Notes: generated by a model from the letters alone, not told the origin. Positions 16,815-26,710 are shown, counted from the stretch's first letter. The stretch is 36,374 nt of DNA from an uncultured Alphaproteobacteria bacterium (GCA_938023835.1 CALJDF010000145.1:1-36374), one strand, 5' to 3'. A program made the numbers and translations.

Positions 16815-19654
16815 GAATCGCCTCGAAAGTCCGCACCGTATCTCAACACCGCGGGTGCCCCGCCGTGCAACGTGTTGGTGGGCAAGGGATCAAATTGCGG
16901 CCAGCTTTCTGCCGCGTCGCCAGGAGAAGCCTTTTCAATTCGGACGCGCAAGTCGTACCAAGCCGCCTGACCGGTGACGGGATCAGCATTTGAATGCGCA
17001 TCGTTCGGCAAGGTATCGCCGATCAAATGATTCAGCAGGAACCCTTGGGTCGCCTCGTGGACGTCGGTGTCGAGCCCCCAGGCGCCCCGTCGCTTGCCAA
17101 TGGCATTCCACGTCCAGACCGTGTCGGGATTGACGCCGTCCATCAGTCGCACCTGCCCCCGAATACGACCCTGGTGGCTATAAACCCATACCCAATCGTC
17201 ATCGCCAATATCCTGGCGCGCTGCCAGCGACCGCGCCATATAGAGCCTGTTGCTCCCGAGGATCTGCCGCTGCCACGCGTTCTGAGAGTCCCAGGAGTGG
17301 TACATCACCATCGGCCGCTGCGTCAGTGCATGAAGCGGAAACGCGTCGCGATCGATCACTGACTCTTCGAACGGCATGTACCACATCGGGAGTGGATCAA
17401 AATACGCCGCAACTCGGTCTCGCTCGCTGGCCGGCGGCTGAACCGCACCGTGACCCTGGGCAGCAAGTCGAAATTTCTGAAGTACTTCCGAATAGAGCTG
17501 CACGATGACGGGGTCCGGCGTATCGAGAAAACCCATTGCCTCGCCATAAGTGCGATAGGCCTGGTTCACGTTGCGAAAGTAGACGGCATCCTCGGGGATC
17601 GCGTCGGTCCAAAAGCATCCGTTGGCAATGTAGCGGTCGATTTGGTCAGGATTAGGGGCGCCGATCCCTTTGGAGGTTCCTTCCGCGCCACGCCAGCCAG
17701 CCAACATCCCGACACCGGGCTTGCGTTCGTGTCTGAGCATGTAATCAGGCAAGCCGCCCGGATAGAGAGCGTCGCCGCGATCGTCAACCATCCCGGGCAG
17801 ACCGAGGCGCGCGCCAAGGTCCAAGAGAACATCTTGAAAGGGCCGGACGTCACGATCTGGCGTCAATACGGGTTGGCGAATTGAGTCGGCCGGACCGCCG
17901 ATCTCGGAAATCGGTCGGTCGAGGAGTGAGATACAGTCCCAGCGTTCGAGATAGGTCGTGTCGGGCAATACCAAATCGGCATAGGCCACCATCTCCGAGT
18001 CGAATGCATCCGAGTAAATGATGTGGGGAATTTTGTATTCGCCGGTGCTCGGATCTTTGTCCGTAAGCATCTGCATCGTCTCGGTGGTGTTCATCGACGA
18101 ATTCCAGCTCATGTTGGCCATGAACATGAAAAGCGTATCGATCGGATAGGGGTCCCCCGCCCAGGCATTGCGAATGACCATGTGCATCATGCCATGGGCT
18201 GCCAGCGGTGCTTCCCAGGAAAACGCCTTGTCGATCCGTTGCGCCGCGCCGACCTCATCGACCAAAAGGTCTTCCGGCCCGCGCGGGAATCCGAGCGGCG
18301 GACCAGCTAACGGGTCACCCGGAGCCGACACCGGCCCAGTCGGTAAAACGGCCGGAGGCGCTGCTTTGGGGTATGGCGGACGGTAACGCCAGCCACCCGG
18401 GCAATCGATGCTGCCAAGCAAAGCCTGAAGCACATGTAGCGCCCGGCACGTATGAAATCCGTTGGAGTGCGCCGAGATGCCCCGCATGGCGTGAAAACTG
18501 ACCGGCCGGCCGATCATGTGATCATGGTGACGACCGGCAAAGTCGGTCCAAGGCAGATCAAGTTTGATTTCTTCTTGAAATGCCGCATGGGCTAACTCGG
18601 CAGCCAAACGCCGGATCGTATCCGCTGCCAGGCCGGTTCGTTCCGCGACGGCCTCGGGCGCGTAGGCGGGATCAAGGAAACGTCGCGCCAATAGTTCAAA
18701 TGCTGGTACCGCACGACGCCCATCTGCCAACGTCCGTGCGCCAATGAGCGCGGGATTGGCGTTTTTGTCGAGTGCTGGGCCGAGCCCATCGAGGGCCTTG
18801 TCCCAGCACTGCGGGTTGCCGGCTTCATCGCGAACGAACAAGCCGTGATCTGCCGCGCCATCGTCCTGGATGACGAGCCAGCCGGCGTTGGTGTAGCGCG
18901 CGAGATATCCAAAATCGACTTGGTCCGCGAGGAGGAGTTCGCGAATGAGCGAAAACACCAAGAGCCCGTCGGTGCCGGGGCGAATGCCAACCCATTCGTC
19001 GGCGATCGCGGAATACCCGGTACGGACGGGATTGACCGAAACACATTTTGCCCCGTTCGCCTTAACCTTGCCGAGCCCGATTTTGATGGGATTGGAGGCG
19101 TGATCCTCGGCCACGCCGAACATCATGAAATACCGGGTGCGATCCCAATCGGGCTCGCCGAACTCCCAAAACGACCCGCCCATCGTGTAGAGGCCTGCCG
19201 CCGCCATATTGACTGAGCAAAACCCCCCATGGGCTGCATAGTTCGGCGTGCCGAATTGGGTGGCCCACCACCCGGTTAGCGCCTGACTCTGGTCCCGCCC
19301 CGTAAAGAAGGCGAGCTTTTTGGGATCGGTCTCCCGGATCTTGCCCAGCCATTCGGTCGCGATTTCTAGTGCTTCGTCCCACTCGATTTCAACGAAGGCG
19401 CCACGGCCTCGCTCGCCGACGCGCTTTAGCGGCTTGCGCAGCTTTGCCGGAGAGTGCTGCTTCATGATGCCGGCAGCGCCCTTGGCGCATAAGACCCCGC
19501 GGTTCACCGGATGCTTCGGATTGCCCTCGATATAGCGCAATGCGCCATCCCGCAAATGCACCCGAATCCCGCACCGGCAGGCGCACATGTAGCAGGTCGT
19601 TTCCTTGACTTCGTCGGAAACCGGTGGCGAGGTATCGATGGGGGTTGGACGCAC
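16811..19654 (-). CDS. soeA: Molybdopterin catalytic subunit of the cytoplasmic sulfite dehydrogenase (DMSO reductase family)
   Basis: TTCYMCACRCG..C Fe-S motif, FFTGRDQSQ, HGGFCSVNM, MYHSW, SNADPVTGQAAWYD; no Tat RR leader. Start placed at GTG 19654 and is uncertain by a few codons. Confidence 0.9.
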   Translation of the reverse strand: MRPTPIDTSPPVSDEVKETTCYMCACRCGIRVHLRDGALRYIEGNPKHPVNRGVLCAKGAAGIMKQHSPAKLRKPLKRVGERGRGAFVEIEWDEALEIATEWLGKIRETDPKKLAFFTGRDQSQALTGWWATQFGTPNYAAHGGFCSVNMAAAGLYTMGGSFWEFGEPDWDRTRYFMMFGVAEDHASNPIKIGLGKVKANGAKCVSVNPVRTGYSAIADEWVGIRPGTDGLLVFSLIRELLLADQVDFGYLARYTNAGWLVIQDDGAADHGLFVRDEAGNPQCWDKALDGLGPALDKNANPALIGARTLADGRRAVPAFELLARRFLDPAYAPEAVAERTGLAADTIRRLAAELAHAAFQEEIKLDLPWTDFAGRHHDHMIGRPVSFHAMRGISAHSNGFHTCRALHVLQALLGSIDCPGGWRYRPPYPKAAPPAVLPTGPVSAPGDPLAGPPLGFPRGPEDLLVDEVGAAQRIDKAFSWEAPLAAHGMMHMVIRNAWAGDPYPIDTLFMFMANMSWNSSMNTTETMQMLTDKDPSTGEYKIPHIIYSDAFDSEMVAYADLVLPDTTYLERWDCISLLDRPISEIGGPADSIRQPVLTPDRDVRPFQDVLLDLGARLGLPGMVDDRGDALYPGGLPDYMLRHERKPGVGMLAGWRGAEGTSKGIGAPNPDQIDRYIANGCFWTDAIPEDAVYFRNVNQAYRTYGEAMGFLDTPDPVIVQLYSEVLQKFRLAAQGHGAVQPPASERDRVAAYFDPLPMWYMPFEESVIDRDAFPLHALTQRPMVMYHSWDSQNAWQRQILGSNRLYMARSLAARQDIGDDDWVWVYSHQGRIRGQVRLMDGVNPDTVWTWNAIGKRRGAWGLDTDVHEATQGFLLNHLIGDTLPNDAHSNADPVTGQAAWYDLRVRIEKASPGDAAESWPQFDPLPTNTLHGGAPAVLRYGADFRGDS

Positions 19655-19721
19655 AAAAACCTGAAGAAGCGAGGAGGTGCGCGCGGTAGAAACGCGCGAT
19701 GCTGGAAGGGTCTGCCCTTTT

Positions 19722-19746
19722 ATTATGCGTCGCTCCAGCGCATAAT
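19722..19746. promoter_or_regulatory. Inverted repeat ATTATGCG-N9-CGCATAAT in the divergent soeA/tauE promoter region (candidate operator)
   Basis: Perfect 8-bp AT-rich arms lying near the middle of the ~155-bp divergent intergenic region. Confidence 0.5.
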
Positions 19747-19810
19747 CCAAATCCAGCTTGTAGTTCCTCGTAGCCCTGCGTCCGGCCTGGGACGTCCGGC
19801 AGGCTTGCCG

Positions 19811-20728
19811 ATGCAAATCTATTTTCCGATCGCCGAGATCTCTCTCAACATCTTCCTGGTCTTGGGGATGGGCGGCGGAGTCGGTTTTCTTTCGGGCCTG
19901 TTTGGGGTCGGCGGCGGGTTCTTGATGACACCGCTGCTGATCTTCATCGGAGTGCCACCCGCTGTCGCTGTGGCCACCGAAGCCAACCAAATTGTGGCCG
20001 CGTCGGTGTCTGGGGTTATCGCCCATTGGCGACGTAGCAACGTCGACATCAAGATGGGCCTCATCTTGGTGATCGGTGGCTTTGCTGGCTCCACCGTCGG
20101 GTCGTTCCTATTCAAACTGCTGCGCGAAATGGGCCAGATTGACCTGGTGATTTCGCTGTCCTTTGTCCTTTTCCTCGGCGTGGTGGGATCGCTCATGGTG
20201 GTCGAGAGCGTCCGACTCATCATGCGCTCCCGCAAGGGCGGTTATCGCAAAAAGGCCCATCAGCACTACTGGGCTCACGGCTTGCCCTTCAAGATGCGAT
20301 TCCAGAGGTCCAAGCTCTACATAAGCATCATTCCGCCCATTTTGGTCGGGTTCTTCGTCGGACTCTTGGCCGCGATCATGGGTGTCGGCGGCGGCTTCAT
20401 CATGATCCCGGCAATGATCTACCTCCTGGGTATGCCGACCTCGGTGGTCGTTGGCACCTCGCTCTTTCAGATCATTTTCGTGACCGCCAACGTCACGTTC
20501 TTCCACTCGATTAACACGCAAACGGTGGATGTCGTGCTGGCCGTCCTCCTGCTGGCCGGTGCGGTCATCGGCGCGCAGTTCGGCGCGCGGGTCAGCGGTA
20601 TGTTGCGAGGCGAGCAACTACGCGCCCTCTTGGGCGTGATCGTCCTGGCGGTATGCGCCAAGCTGATCGTCGATCTTATTTTTGAACCCGAAGACCTATT
20701 CTCAATCGGTCGGGCAATCGCAGAATGA
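19811..20728 (+). CDS. TauE/SafE (TSUP) family membrane transporter, putative sulfite/sulfur-compound exporter
   Basis: MQIYFPIAE start; duplicated GxxGVGGGF motifs (GLFGVGGGFLMTP and AIMGVGGGFIMIP); VVVGTSLFQ. Confidence 0.9.
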   Translation: MQIYFPIAEISLNIFLVLGMGGGVGFLSGLFGVGGGFLMTPLLIFIGVPPAVAVATEANQIVAASVSGVIAHWRRSNVDIKMGLILVIGGFAGSTVGSFLFKLLREMGQIDLVISLSFVLFLGVVGSLMVVESVRLIMRSRKGGYRKKAHQHYWAHGLPFKMRFQRSKLYISIIPPILVGFFVGLLAAIMGVGGGFIMIPAMIYLLGMPTSVVVGTSLFQIIFVTANVTFFHSINTQTVDVVLAVLLLAGAVIGAQFGARVSGMLRGEQLRALLGVIVLAVCAKLIVDLIFEPEDLFSIGRAIAE

Positions 20729-21471
20729 ACCGCCCCGCCTTTTTCCTCGCGCTCGGATTGGCCGCTACTGCTGTGTTACCTGCGACGGCTCAATCGTTGG
20801 TCGCCGACATGTCGGAAAGTTCGATATCGATCACGTCGAATTTCACCGGAAAAGACATTCTCTTGTTCGGCGCAGTGGACGAACCGAGTGACGTTGTGGT
20901 GGTGGTTCAGGGCCCACGTGAGGAATTGGTTGTCCGGCGCAAGGCCAAGGTTAGTGGCATCTGGATGAACCGCCGATCCGTTACCTTCCAGGGGGTGCCG
21001 GCTTACTATGCGGTGGCGTCGAACCGCCCCCTTGAAGGCATCGCCTCGCAGACCGTTCGGGCCCAATTTCGCATGGGGGGCGCCTTCCTCGACTTTGCGG
21101 TCGCAGCCAGTACCCGCCACCTCGCCGGCGCGGAACTCTTGGAGTTTCGCGAAGCCATCCTGCGCAACAAGCGGCGCGACCTGCTCTACTTCGATGTCGA
21201 GAACAGTGTCCAGTTTCGCGAGCGGCTATTCCGCACCTCGATCGTCTTCCCGGCCAGCGCACCCGAGGGCGACTATACGGTGACGACCTATTTGCTACGC
21301 GACGGTAGAGTGGTTGCCGAGCAGTCGACGCCCCTTCAAATCCGCAAAGCCGGCATCGAACGCATGATTTTCGATCTCGCAAACCAACGGCCCGCGCTCT
21401 ACGGCATCATCGCGATCCTGATCGCATTAGCCAGCGGCTGGGTTGCAGCGGCGGCATTTCGGCGCGCGTAG
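20725..21471 (+). CDS. Conserved alphaproteobacterial membrane-anchored protein, TIGR02186-like
   Basis: Signal peptide, ISITSNFTG.DILLFGAV, VRRK...GIWMN, C-terminal TM helix (PALYGIIAIL..GW). ATGA overlap with tauE, its usual partner. Confidence 0.82.
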   Translation: MNRPAFFLALGLAATAVLPATAQSLVADMSESSISITSNFTGKDILLFGAVDEPSDVVVVVQGPREELVVRRKAKVSGIWMNRRSVTFQGVPAYYAVASNRPLEGIASQTVRAQFRMGGAFLDFAVAASTRHLAGAELLEFREAILRNKRRDLLYFDVENSVQFRERLFRTSIVFPASAPEGDYTVTTYLLRDGRVVAEQSTPLQIRKAGIERMIFDLANQRPALYGIIAILIALASGWVAAAAFRRA

Positions 21472-21474
21472 GGC

Positions 21475-21699
21475 TTAGGATTTCTTGCGCAGCGAATAGG
21501 TGAAGACGCCGTCCGATTCGGCCCAAGACACCAATTCGTTGCCAGTCGTCTCGCAAAAGGCCTGGAAGTCTTTGACCGAACCGGGGTCAGTCGCCAGTAC
21601 CCTAAGCATGGCGCCAGGCGCCAAAGCCTTGAGCGCTTTTTTGGCACGCAGAACGGGCAGTGGGCACTTCAAGCCCTTGAGGTCGAGGGTTTCTGCCAT
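21475..21699 (-). CDS. tusA: TusA-family sulfur carrier protein
   Basis: LDLKGLKCPLP and VLATDPGSVKDF..FC motifs; 74 aa. Confidence 0.92.
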   Translation of the reverse strand: MAETLDLKGLKCPLPVLRAKKALKALAPGAMLRVLATDPGSVKDFQAFCETTGNELVSWAESDGVFTYSLRKKS

Positions 21700-21737
21700 G
21701 CGCCGATTCTAGCGACGCAAGAGACCTGACAACAGGG

Positions 21738-22310
21738 CTAGCCGGAATTGTTGATAAACCACCGGAGGAGGGCCAGCGCCTCTGGCGAGTCCCATTCGGC
21801 ACCACCTTCAAGGCGCCCTACTTCTTGTCCCTGCCGATCATAGACAACCGTGGTCGGCATCACGTTGACGCCCATCGCGCGACTGGCAGATCCCCGCGGA
21901 TCGAGATAGAGGTCGAGATCGTCGATCTCCAGCCGCTTGGCAAACGGCGCGGCGACGGCTTTGCCGCCCGTATCGATGTTGATCGCGACGACAGTAAAAT
22001 CCTCGCCGCCGAGCGTTGCTTGCAAGCGATTGATCGATGGGAGTTCCCGAATGCATGGCGCGCACCAAGTCGCCCAGAAATTTACCATCACGACCTTGCC
22101 GCTAAAGTCGGCAAGAGAAACCTTGCCGCCATCGCCCGTTCGCCATTCGGTGTCAGGGCCAGGTCGATCACCAACTGCAAAGTTCTGTACCTGCCCTTCG
22201 ATCTTCAAACCTGCGGCGTCATCCCCACCGGGCAGTCCGACCAAGAGGACAACGACTACCGCTGCAACGAGGATTCCAGCTGCGGGAAGTGCAAGTTTCT
22301 TGATCGTCAT
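21738..22310 (-). CDS. TlpA/ResA-family thiol:disulfide oxidoreductase
   Basis: N-terminal TM helix; VMVNFWATWCAPCIRELP; MPTT cis-Pro loop; G.AEWDS. Confidence 0.92.
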   Translation of the reverse strand: MTIKKLALPAAGILVAAVVVVLLVGLPGGDDAAGLKIEGQVQNFAVGDRPGPDTEWRTGDGGKVSLADFSGKVVMVNFWATWCAPCIRELPSINRLQATLGGEDFTVVAINIDTGGKAVAAPFAKRLEIDDLDLYLDPRGSASRAMGVNVMPTTVVYDRQGQEVGRLEGGAEWDSPEALALLRWFINNSG

Positions 22311-22324
22311 GGTCCGTCTCCCTC

Positions 22325-24490
22325 CTAGGAGTCATTGGCCAGCAAGTCGCTTCCGGCAGCTTGTCGAAAGGTGTCGATAACAACCCGCTCCTTGAGCAAC
22401 TCGGGGAGCGACAGGCCATTCGGTGCCACAGGCCCATAGACCACGTTGAACGGAATACCGAAGCGGCCAAAACTGGCCAGATATCGCGCAATGCCCTCAT
22501 CCGGGCTTGTCCAATCCGCCCGCATGGCGACGACGTTAGGGCTGGCAAGAAGGGTCCGCGACGCACCACGGGTTAGGACGAGTTTCTTATTCACTTGGCA
22601 GGTAATGCACCATTCGGCCGTAACGTCGACAAAAACGACTTTTCCATCTGCAACCAATTGCGGAATTGCATCGGGTTCGAAGGGTTGCCAGATGGATTCG
22701 TCACCGGCAGCTTCCTGCGATACCGCCTGGCCCAGCTGCGGCGCCGCAAATGAGCCTACGGCCAGCAAAACAACAGCTGCAACCGCCACCGGTCGAACCC
22801 GCGCCGGCAATCGGGGACGTACAAAAAGCACGGCCACGACAACCACCATCATCGCGGCCAGGAAATAGGCGGCCTCAAGACTAACCTGGAATGCAAACAC
22901 CGAGAGCAACCACACGGCGGTCCCCACGAGCGCTAGGGCAAGGACCTTCTTCACGACCAGCATCCAACGACCGGGCCGTGGCAGTTTTGTTGCCAAGTGC
23001 GGAATAGCTGCGACCAACAGAAAGGGCGCGGCCATCCCGAGGCCAAGCGCCAGAAAAATCGAGAATATCTCAACAGGTCCGCGCGCCAGAGCGAACCCAA
23101 TCGCCGTACCCAGGAAAGGCGCCGAACACGGCGTCGCCAGAATCGTCGCGAACACCCCGCTTGCAAATGACCCACTCGCACTATGGGGGTTATTCGAGAC
23201 ACCGCCCACACCACCGCCAAGCCAAGCCGGCAATCGAATCTCGAACAATCCCCACATATTTGCAGCGAACAGGGTTATGAGGACTGTCATGACGACAATG
23301 AACAACGGTTGCTGGAATTGGATACCCCAGCCCACCGCAGCGCCGCCCGCGCGAAAACCCGCCAATGCACCGGCCAATACAAGAAAGGCAAAGACAATAC
23401 CCGCGGCAGAGGCCAGGAAACTGCGTCGGACCGGTCCCCGCTCCCCGCCACCATGACTAACCACGCCCAGCAACTTGATTGAAAGGACCGGAAGAACGCA
23501 CGGCATCACGTTCAAGATGAGACCGCCGAGTAATGCAAGCGCAAGAATAGCGGCAAACGGCAAGAACGCGGCCGACTCGGCCTGGCCGAGCGTGGTGGCC
23601 AAAGTCTGTTCAACCGCCCGCTCGCCGTCGACGAGCGTGAGCGTAAGGTCACTTCCCAGGAGGACGGGCCCATCGTTCCCTGCGAGCGCGGTTCGCGATA
23701 CGGATGCCTGCAAGACCGCTCGACGACCGTTTTCTGATAGACGGAAAGTCGGCGCGGCAAATGAGAAGACATCGGGACCTTCGACATAGACGTCGGGGGC
23801 GCTGAAGGGCACATCCGAACGCGCCACAACCTGCAGAAGCTGCCCACCATTGGCATTCACCACCTCGGCACGCTCGACGGTGAGACCACGGCCCCCATCG
23901 CGTGGCGGAATTTGCGCGCGATAGGTGTTTATCAGCGGCGCGAACTCGGAAATCACCGGACCATCGGTTCCGGCCGCAGGCAAATCAAACGCCATCGAAA
24001 GCGTGTGTGGGACGCAGATTTCTCGGCAGGTTAGGAAATTGACCGCGGCCCGTAGTGCCACGGCCTCGTCTTGACGCGCTTGACGCGCAGCAATAGGCAA
24101 CACGACTTCGTCTTGGTACCCAAAGGTCTCTATTTCAAATATCTGAAACCGGTGCGGGCGCGGCCATTGCAGGATGGGCTCGTCAAGGTTTTCGGAACCC
24201 GTCCAATCTATTGTCGTTGGGAATCCCGCATCGCCCGGCGAGCGCCAGTAGACTTCCCATCCTGGCGCGATTTGGTATTGCAGGCCGAGGAGGAGATCGC
24301 CCGCCGCGTTCTGGGTAGCGGAAACGAGCCGGGCCCGACCCTGGTCGTATGTGACCCACGGCGATGCCGCGTCCTGGGCACTTGCCGGCGAGGACAGAAT
24401 CGACGCGCCCACGACGCCTGCCGACAACGTTCGCAGCGCGGGCGACAACGCCCACCGACCCCAACGGAGGATGCTCGATTCGGTCTTCAT
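22325..24490 (-). CDS. DsbD/ScsB-family thiol:disulfide interchange protein
   Basis: Signal peptide; GWEVYWRSPGDAG and CREICVP (N-domain); LNVMPCVLP and ATPCSAPF (TM Cys pair); TAEWCITC thioredoxin domain. Confidence 0.92.
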   Translation of the reverse strand: MKTESSILRWGRWALSPALRTLSAGVVGASILSSPASAQDAASPWVTYDQGRARLVSATQNAAGDLLLGLQYQIAPGWEVYWRSPGDAGFPTTIDWTGSENLDEPILQWPRPHRFQIFEIETFGYQDEVVLPIAARQARQDEAVALRAAVNFLTCREICVPHTLSMAFDLPAAGTDGPVISEFAPLINTYRAQIPPRDGGRGLTVERAEVVNANGGQLLQVVARSDVPFSAPDVYVEGPDVFSFAAPTFRLSENGRRAVLQASVSRTALAGNDGPVLLGSDLTLTLVDGERAVEQTLATTLGQAESAAFLPFAAILALALLGGLILNVMPCVLPVLSIKLLGVVSHGGGERGPVRRSFLASAAGIVFAFLVLAGALAGFRAGGAAVGWGIQFQQPLFIVVMTVLITLFAANMWGLFEIRLPAWLGGGVGGVSNNPHSASGSFASGVFATILATPCSAPFLGTAIGFALARGPVEIFSIFLALGLGMAAPFLLVAAIPHLATKLPRPGRWMLVVKKVLALALVGTAVWLLSVFAFQVSLEAAYFLAAMMVVVVAVLFVRPRLPARVRPVAVAAVVLLAVGSFAAPQLGQAVSQEAAGDESIWQPFEPDAIPQLVADGKVVFVDVTAEWCITCQVNKKLVLTRGASRTLLASPNVVAMRADWTSPDEGIARYLASFGRFGIPFNVVYGPVAPNGLSLPELLKERVVIDTFRQAAGSDLLANDS

Positions 24491-24576
24491 AGCTCTTTTT
24501 ATATGGGAATTGAGGAGCGTCGTCCCACGCTACCAGCCTCACGCGGCGGTCACATTACTGTGCCGAAACCCGCGTT

Positions 24577-26214
24577 TCAGCCGCGCCTAAAGGGCATAAG
24601 AACGGCGTCGACGGCGTCCAGATCGACCTGCCAGGGCTCCAGAAACTTCTCGGCAAACCGAAGGTGGACCGACGAGTCGATAAACAAGCGGAACAGGTCC
24701 GGGTCGATATGCTGGTTGCGCACCATATCCGCCATGATGGCCATGGTCTCACTAAGTTTCTTGGCCTGCTTGTAGGGCCGGTCGGGAGAGGTCAACGCTT
24801 CAAATATGTCGGCGATCGCCATCATCCGTGCCGGCACAGACATTTCGTCGCGCTTCAAACCGCGCGGATATCCGGTGCCGTCCATTTTTTCGTGATGGCC
24901 GCCAGCGTATTCCGGCACACGCGCCAACTCCGCCGGGAACGGAAGATTGTCGAGCATATCGATCGTAACCACGATGTGGTTATTGATCATTTCCCGTTCC
25001 TCGGGCAGCAGATTACCGCGGCGGATGGTCAAATTGCGCACCTCGTCTTCGCTCAGTACCGGTCGTTGAACCCCGCTGCCATCAGTCCAGGTGCGCTCTT
25101 TCGCAATATCATGGATTCGCGCGATGTCCTCGTCAGGCATATCTTCGACGCCAAGATTCGACTGCATGACAATACGGAAATCGTCCTCGATCGCCGCTAG
25201 TTCGGCATTCAGATCTTGTTGGTAGGTTTGGGGGTCAATCCCTTCTGCGCAGGCGCGCCGTAGGAACTCAATTTCGACGTCACGCTTGATGACTTCGAAC
25301 CGCATCCGCACCGTCTCAATGCGATCATAGAGCGTGTGAAGCTTGGTTGCCTTGTCGACGACGTACTCCGGCACGGTCACCTTGCCGCAATCGTGTAGCC
25401 AGGAGGCGATATGGAGCTCGTAGCGTTCTTCTTGGGTTAGGTCGAAGTCCTCGAATGGACCGTCGGTTTGGTCACAGGCCGCATCAGCAAACAGCTCCAT
25501 GATCGCCGGCACCCGCTGACAGTGCTCGCCCGTAAATGGGGACTTTTCGTCAATGGCGGCGGCGATCAGCCGGATAAAGGAGTCAAGGAGACGTCTTTGC
25601 GCCTCCAAGAGAAGTCGGTTTTCAAGCGCTACCGCTGCTTGCGAGGCTAGCGCTTCGGCAAGAGGTTCAATATCGCTCGGGAACGCGACCACATTGCCTT
25701 GCAGGTCTTGTGCATTGATGAGCTGCAGCACACCGATCACTTCGGCCCGGCTGTCCTTGAGCGGCAACGTCAGGAAGGACACCGAGCGGTAGCCATTCTC
25801 GGCATCGAAGGCACGTGTCCCGGAAAAATCAAACGTCGTCGCACGCGCAATATCGGGAATGTTCATTGTCCGACCGCTCAACGCGACATGGCTGACGACT
25901 GTCGCGTGATTTTCGTTGCCGTCGTGGTCGCGAAGTGGGATCGCAGCGAAACCCGCTTTGACCCCGGTCGAACCACCGACGGCCGTACCGAGGGAGTTCG
26001 TGCGAACAATGGCGAAGTCGAGTTTGTCGTCTTCCGTGCGTAGGTAGAGCGTGCCACCGTCGGCGCCGCAGAAATGCATCGCCTCCAAGAGAATGCGCTC
26101 GAACAAACGGTCGCGGTTGCGCTCCGAGGAAAGCGCCGCGCCGATATCGATCAGCTTCTCAAGAAGCCCCGCACGGTCATGGCCAACCGCGGCCTGTCGG
26201 ACGTACTTGTCCAT
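24577..26214 (-). CDS. GAF plus HD-GYP domain cyclic-dinucleotide phosphodiesterase
   Basis: GAF (ADGGTLYL..VIGVLQLINA); HCQRV, LHDCGK, HHEKMDGTGYPRG, ADIFEALT..RPYK. Confidence 0.92.
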   Translation of the reverse strand: MDKYVRQAAVGHDRAGLLEKLIDIGAALSSERNRDRLFERILLEAMHFCGADGGTLYLRTEDDKLDFAIVRTNSLGTAVGGSTGVKAGFAAIPLRDHDGNENHATVVSHVALSGRTMNIPDIARATTFDFSGTRAFDAENGYRSVSFLTLPLKDSRAEVIGVLQLINAQDLQGNVVAFPSDIEPLAEALASQAAVALENRLLLEAQRRLLDSFIRLIAAAIDEKSPFTGEHCQRVPAIMELFADAACDQTDGPFEDFDLTQEERYELHIASWLHDCGKVTVPEYVVDKATKLHTLYDRIETVRMRFEVIKRDVEIEFLRRACAEGIDPQTYQQDLNAELAAIEDDFRIVMQSNLGVEDMPDEDIARIHDIAKERTWTDGSGVQRPVLSEDEVRNLTIRRGNLLPEEREMINNHIVVTIDMLDNLPFPAELARVPEYAGGHHEKMDGTGYPRGLKRDEMSVPARMMAIADIFEALTSPDRPYKQAKKLSETMAIMADMVRNQHIDPDLFRLFIDSSVHLRFAEKFLEPWQVDLDAVDAVLMPFRRG

Positions 26215-26296
26215 CAGGCAAAAATCCCCCTATCGGATTTCCGCACACGTCACTGGCCCAGGCGGAAGTCTACCCGGTATCTCACGCGCCGTTTAG

Positions 26297-26328
26297 AAAA
26301 AAGGCGCCGCTCGAGATGAGCGGCGCCT
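26297..26328 (-). terminator. Rho-independent terminator downstream of the 26356-26601 gene
   Basis: Perfect 11-bp stem AGGCGCCGCTC/GAGCGGCGCCT with a 5-nt loop; the adjacent A6 run reads as a U-tract on the minus strand. Confidence 0.85.
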
Positions 26329-26355
26329 GAGGAGAGGATGAGTAATGAGAGAGGG

Positions 26356-26601
26356 TTACACGGTCAGATCGACGAATTGGCCCAAACCAGGCGGTGCAGA
26401 TCGTTCGTCACCCGGCCGGTCGAAGGATCGCCCAGCGTTTTGCTCAGCGGCCTCTCCGGTCTGATGACGATTCTGCGACGCCAGAAGGTCGGCCGTTTGC
26501 CGAACTTCAGCAGCTGCCTTGAGAGAGCTATCAAATCCGCCAGGCTGCGATGCTTGCTTTAGCATCGCAGTAGCCAACTCAAGAGCAGGCACGCTTTCCA
26601 T
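26356..26601 (-). CDS. Small protein (81 aa), YjfB-like putative motility-associated protein
   Basis: RBS GAAAGAGG, its own terminator, N-terminal 'ATAMLKQA' helix and C-terminal G.G..VD.. motif (GLGQFVDLTV). Confidence 0.6.
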   Translation of the reverse strand: MESVPALELATAMLKQASQPGGFDSSLKAAAEVRQTADLLASQNRHQTGEAAEQNAGRSFDRPGDERSAPPGLGQFVDLTV

Positions 26602-26681
26602 CTAATCCAACCTCTTTCACGAGCGAACGCGGATGAATTCCGCAAACCCGTTCTAGCGAGAGAGAGGATAGGGCCTGGCCT

Positions 26682-26697
26682 GTTAAGGAATGGTAAA
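26682..26697 (-). promoter_or_regulatory. CtrA-like binding site
   Basis: Minus strand TTTA-CCATTCC-TTAAC, one mismatch from TTAA-N7-TTAAC, about 80 nt upstream of the small gene. Confidence 0.5.
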
Positions 26698-26710
26698 CGC
26701 CGAAAACGGC

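Noticed and set aside
19655-20026. 124-codon N-terminal extension of soeA in the ORF track, and the reciprocal tauE extension from 19511
   Set aside because: Each overlaps the other real gene on the opposite strand and shows no family motifs or Tat signal; these are longest-ORF artefacts.
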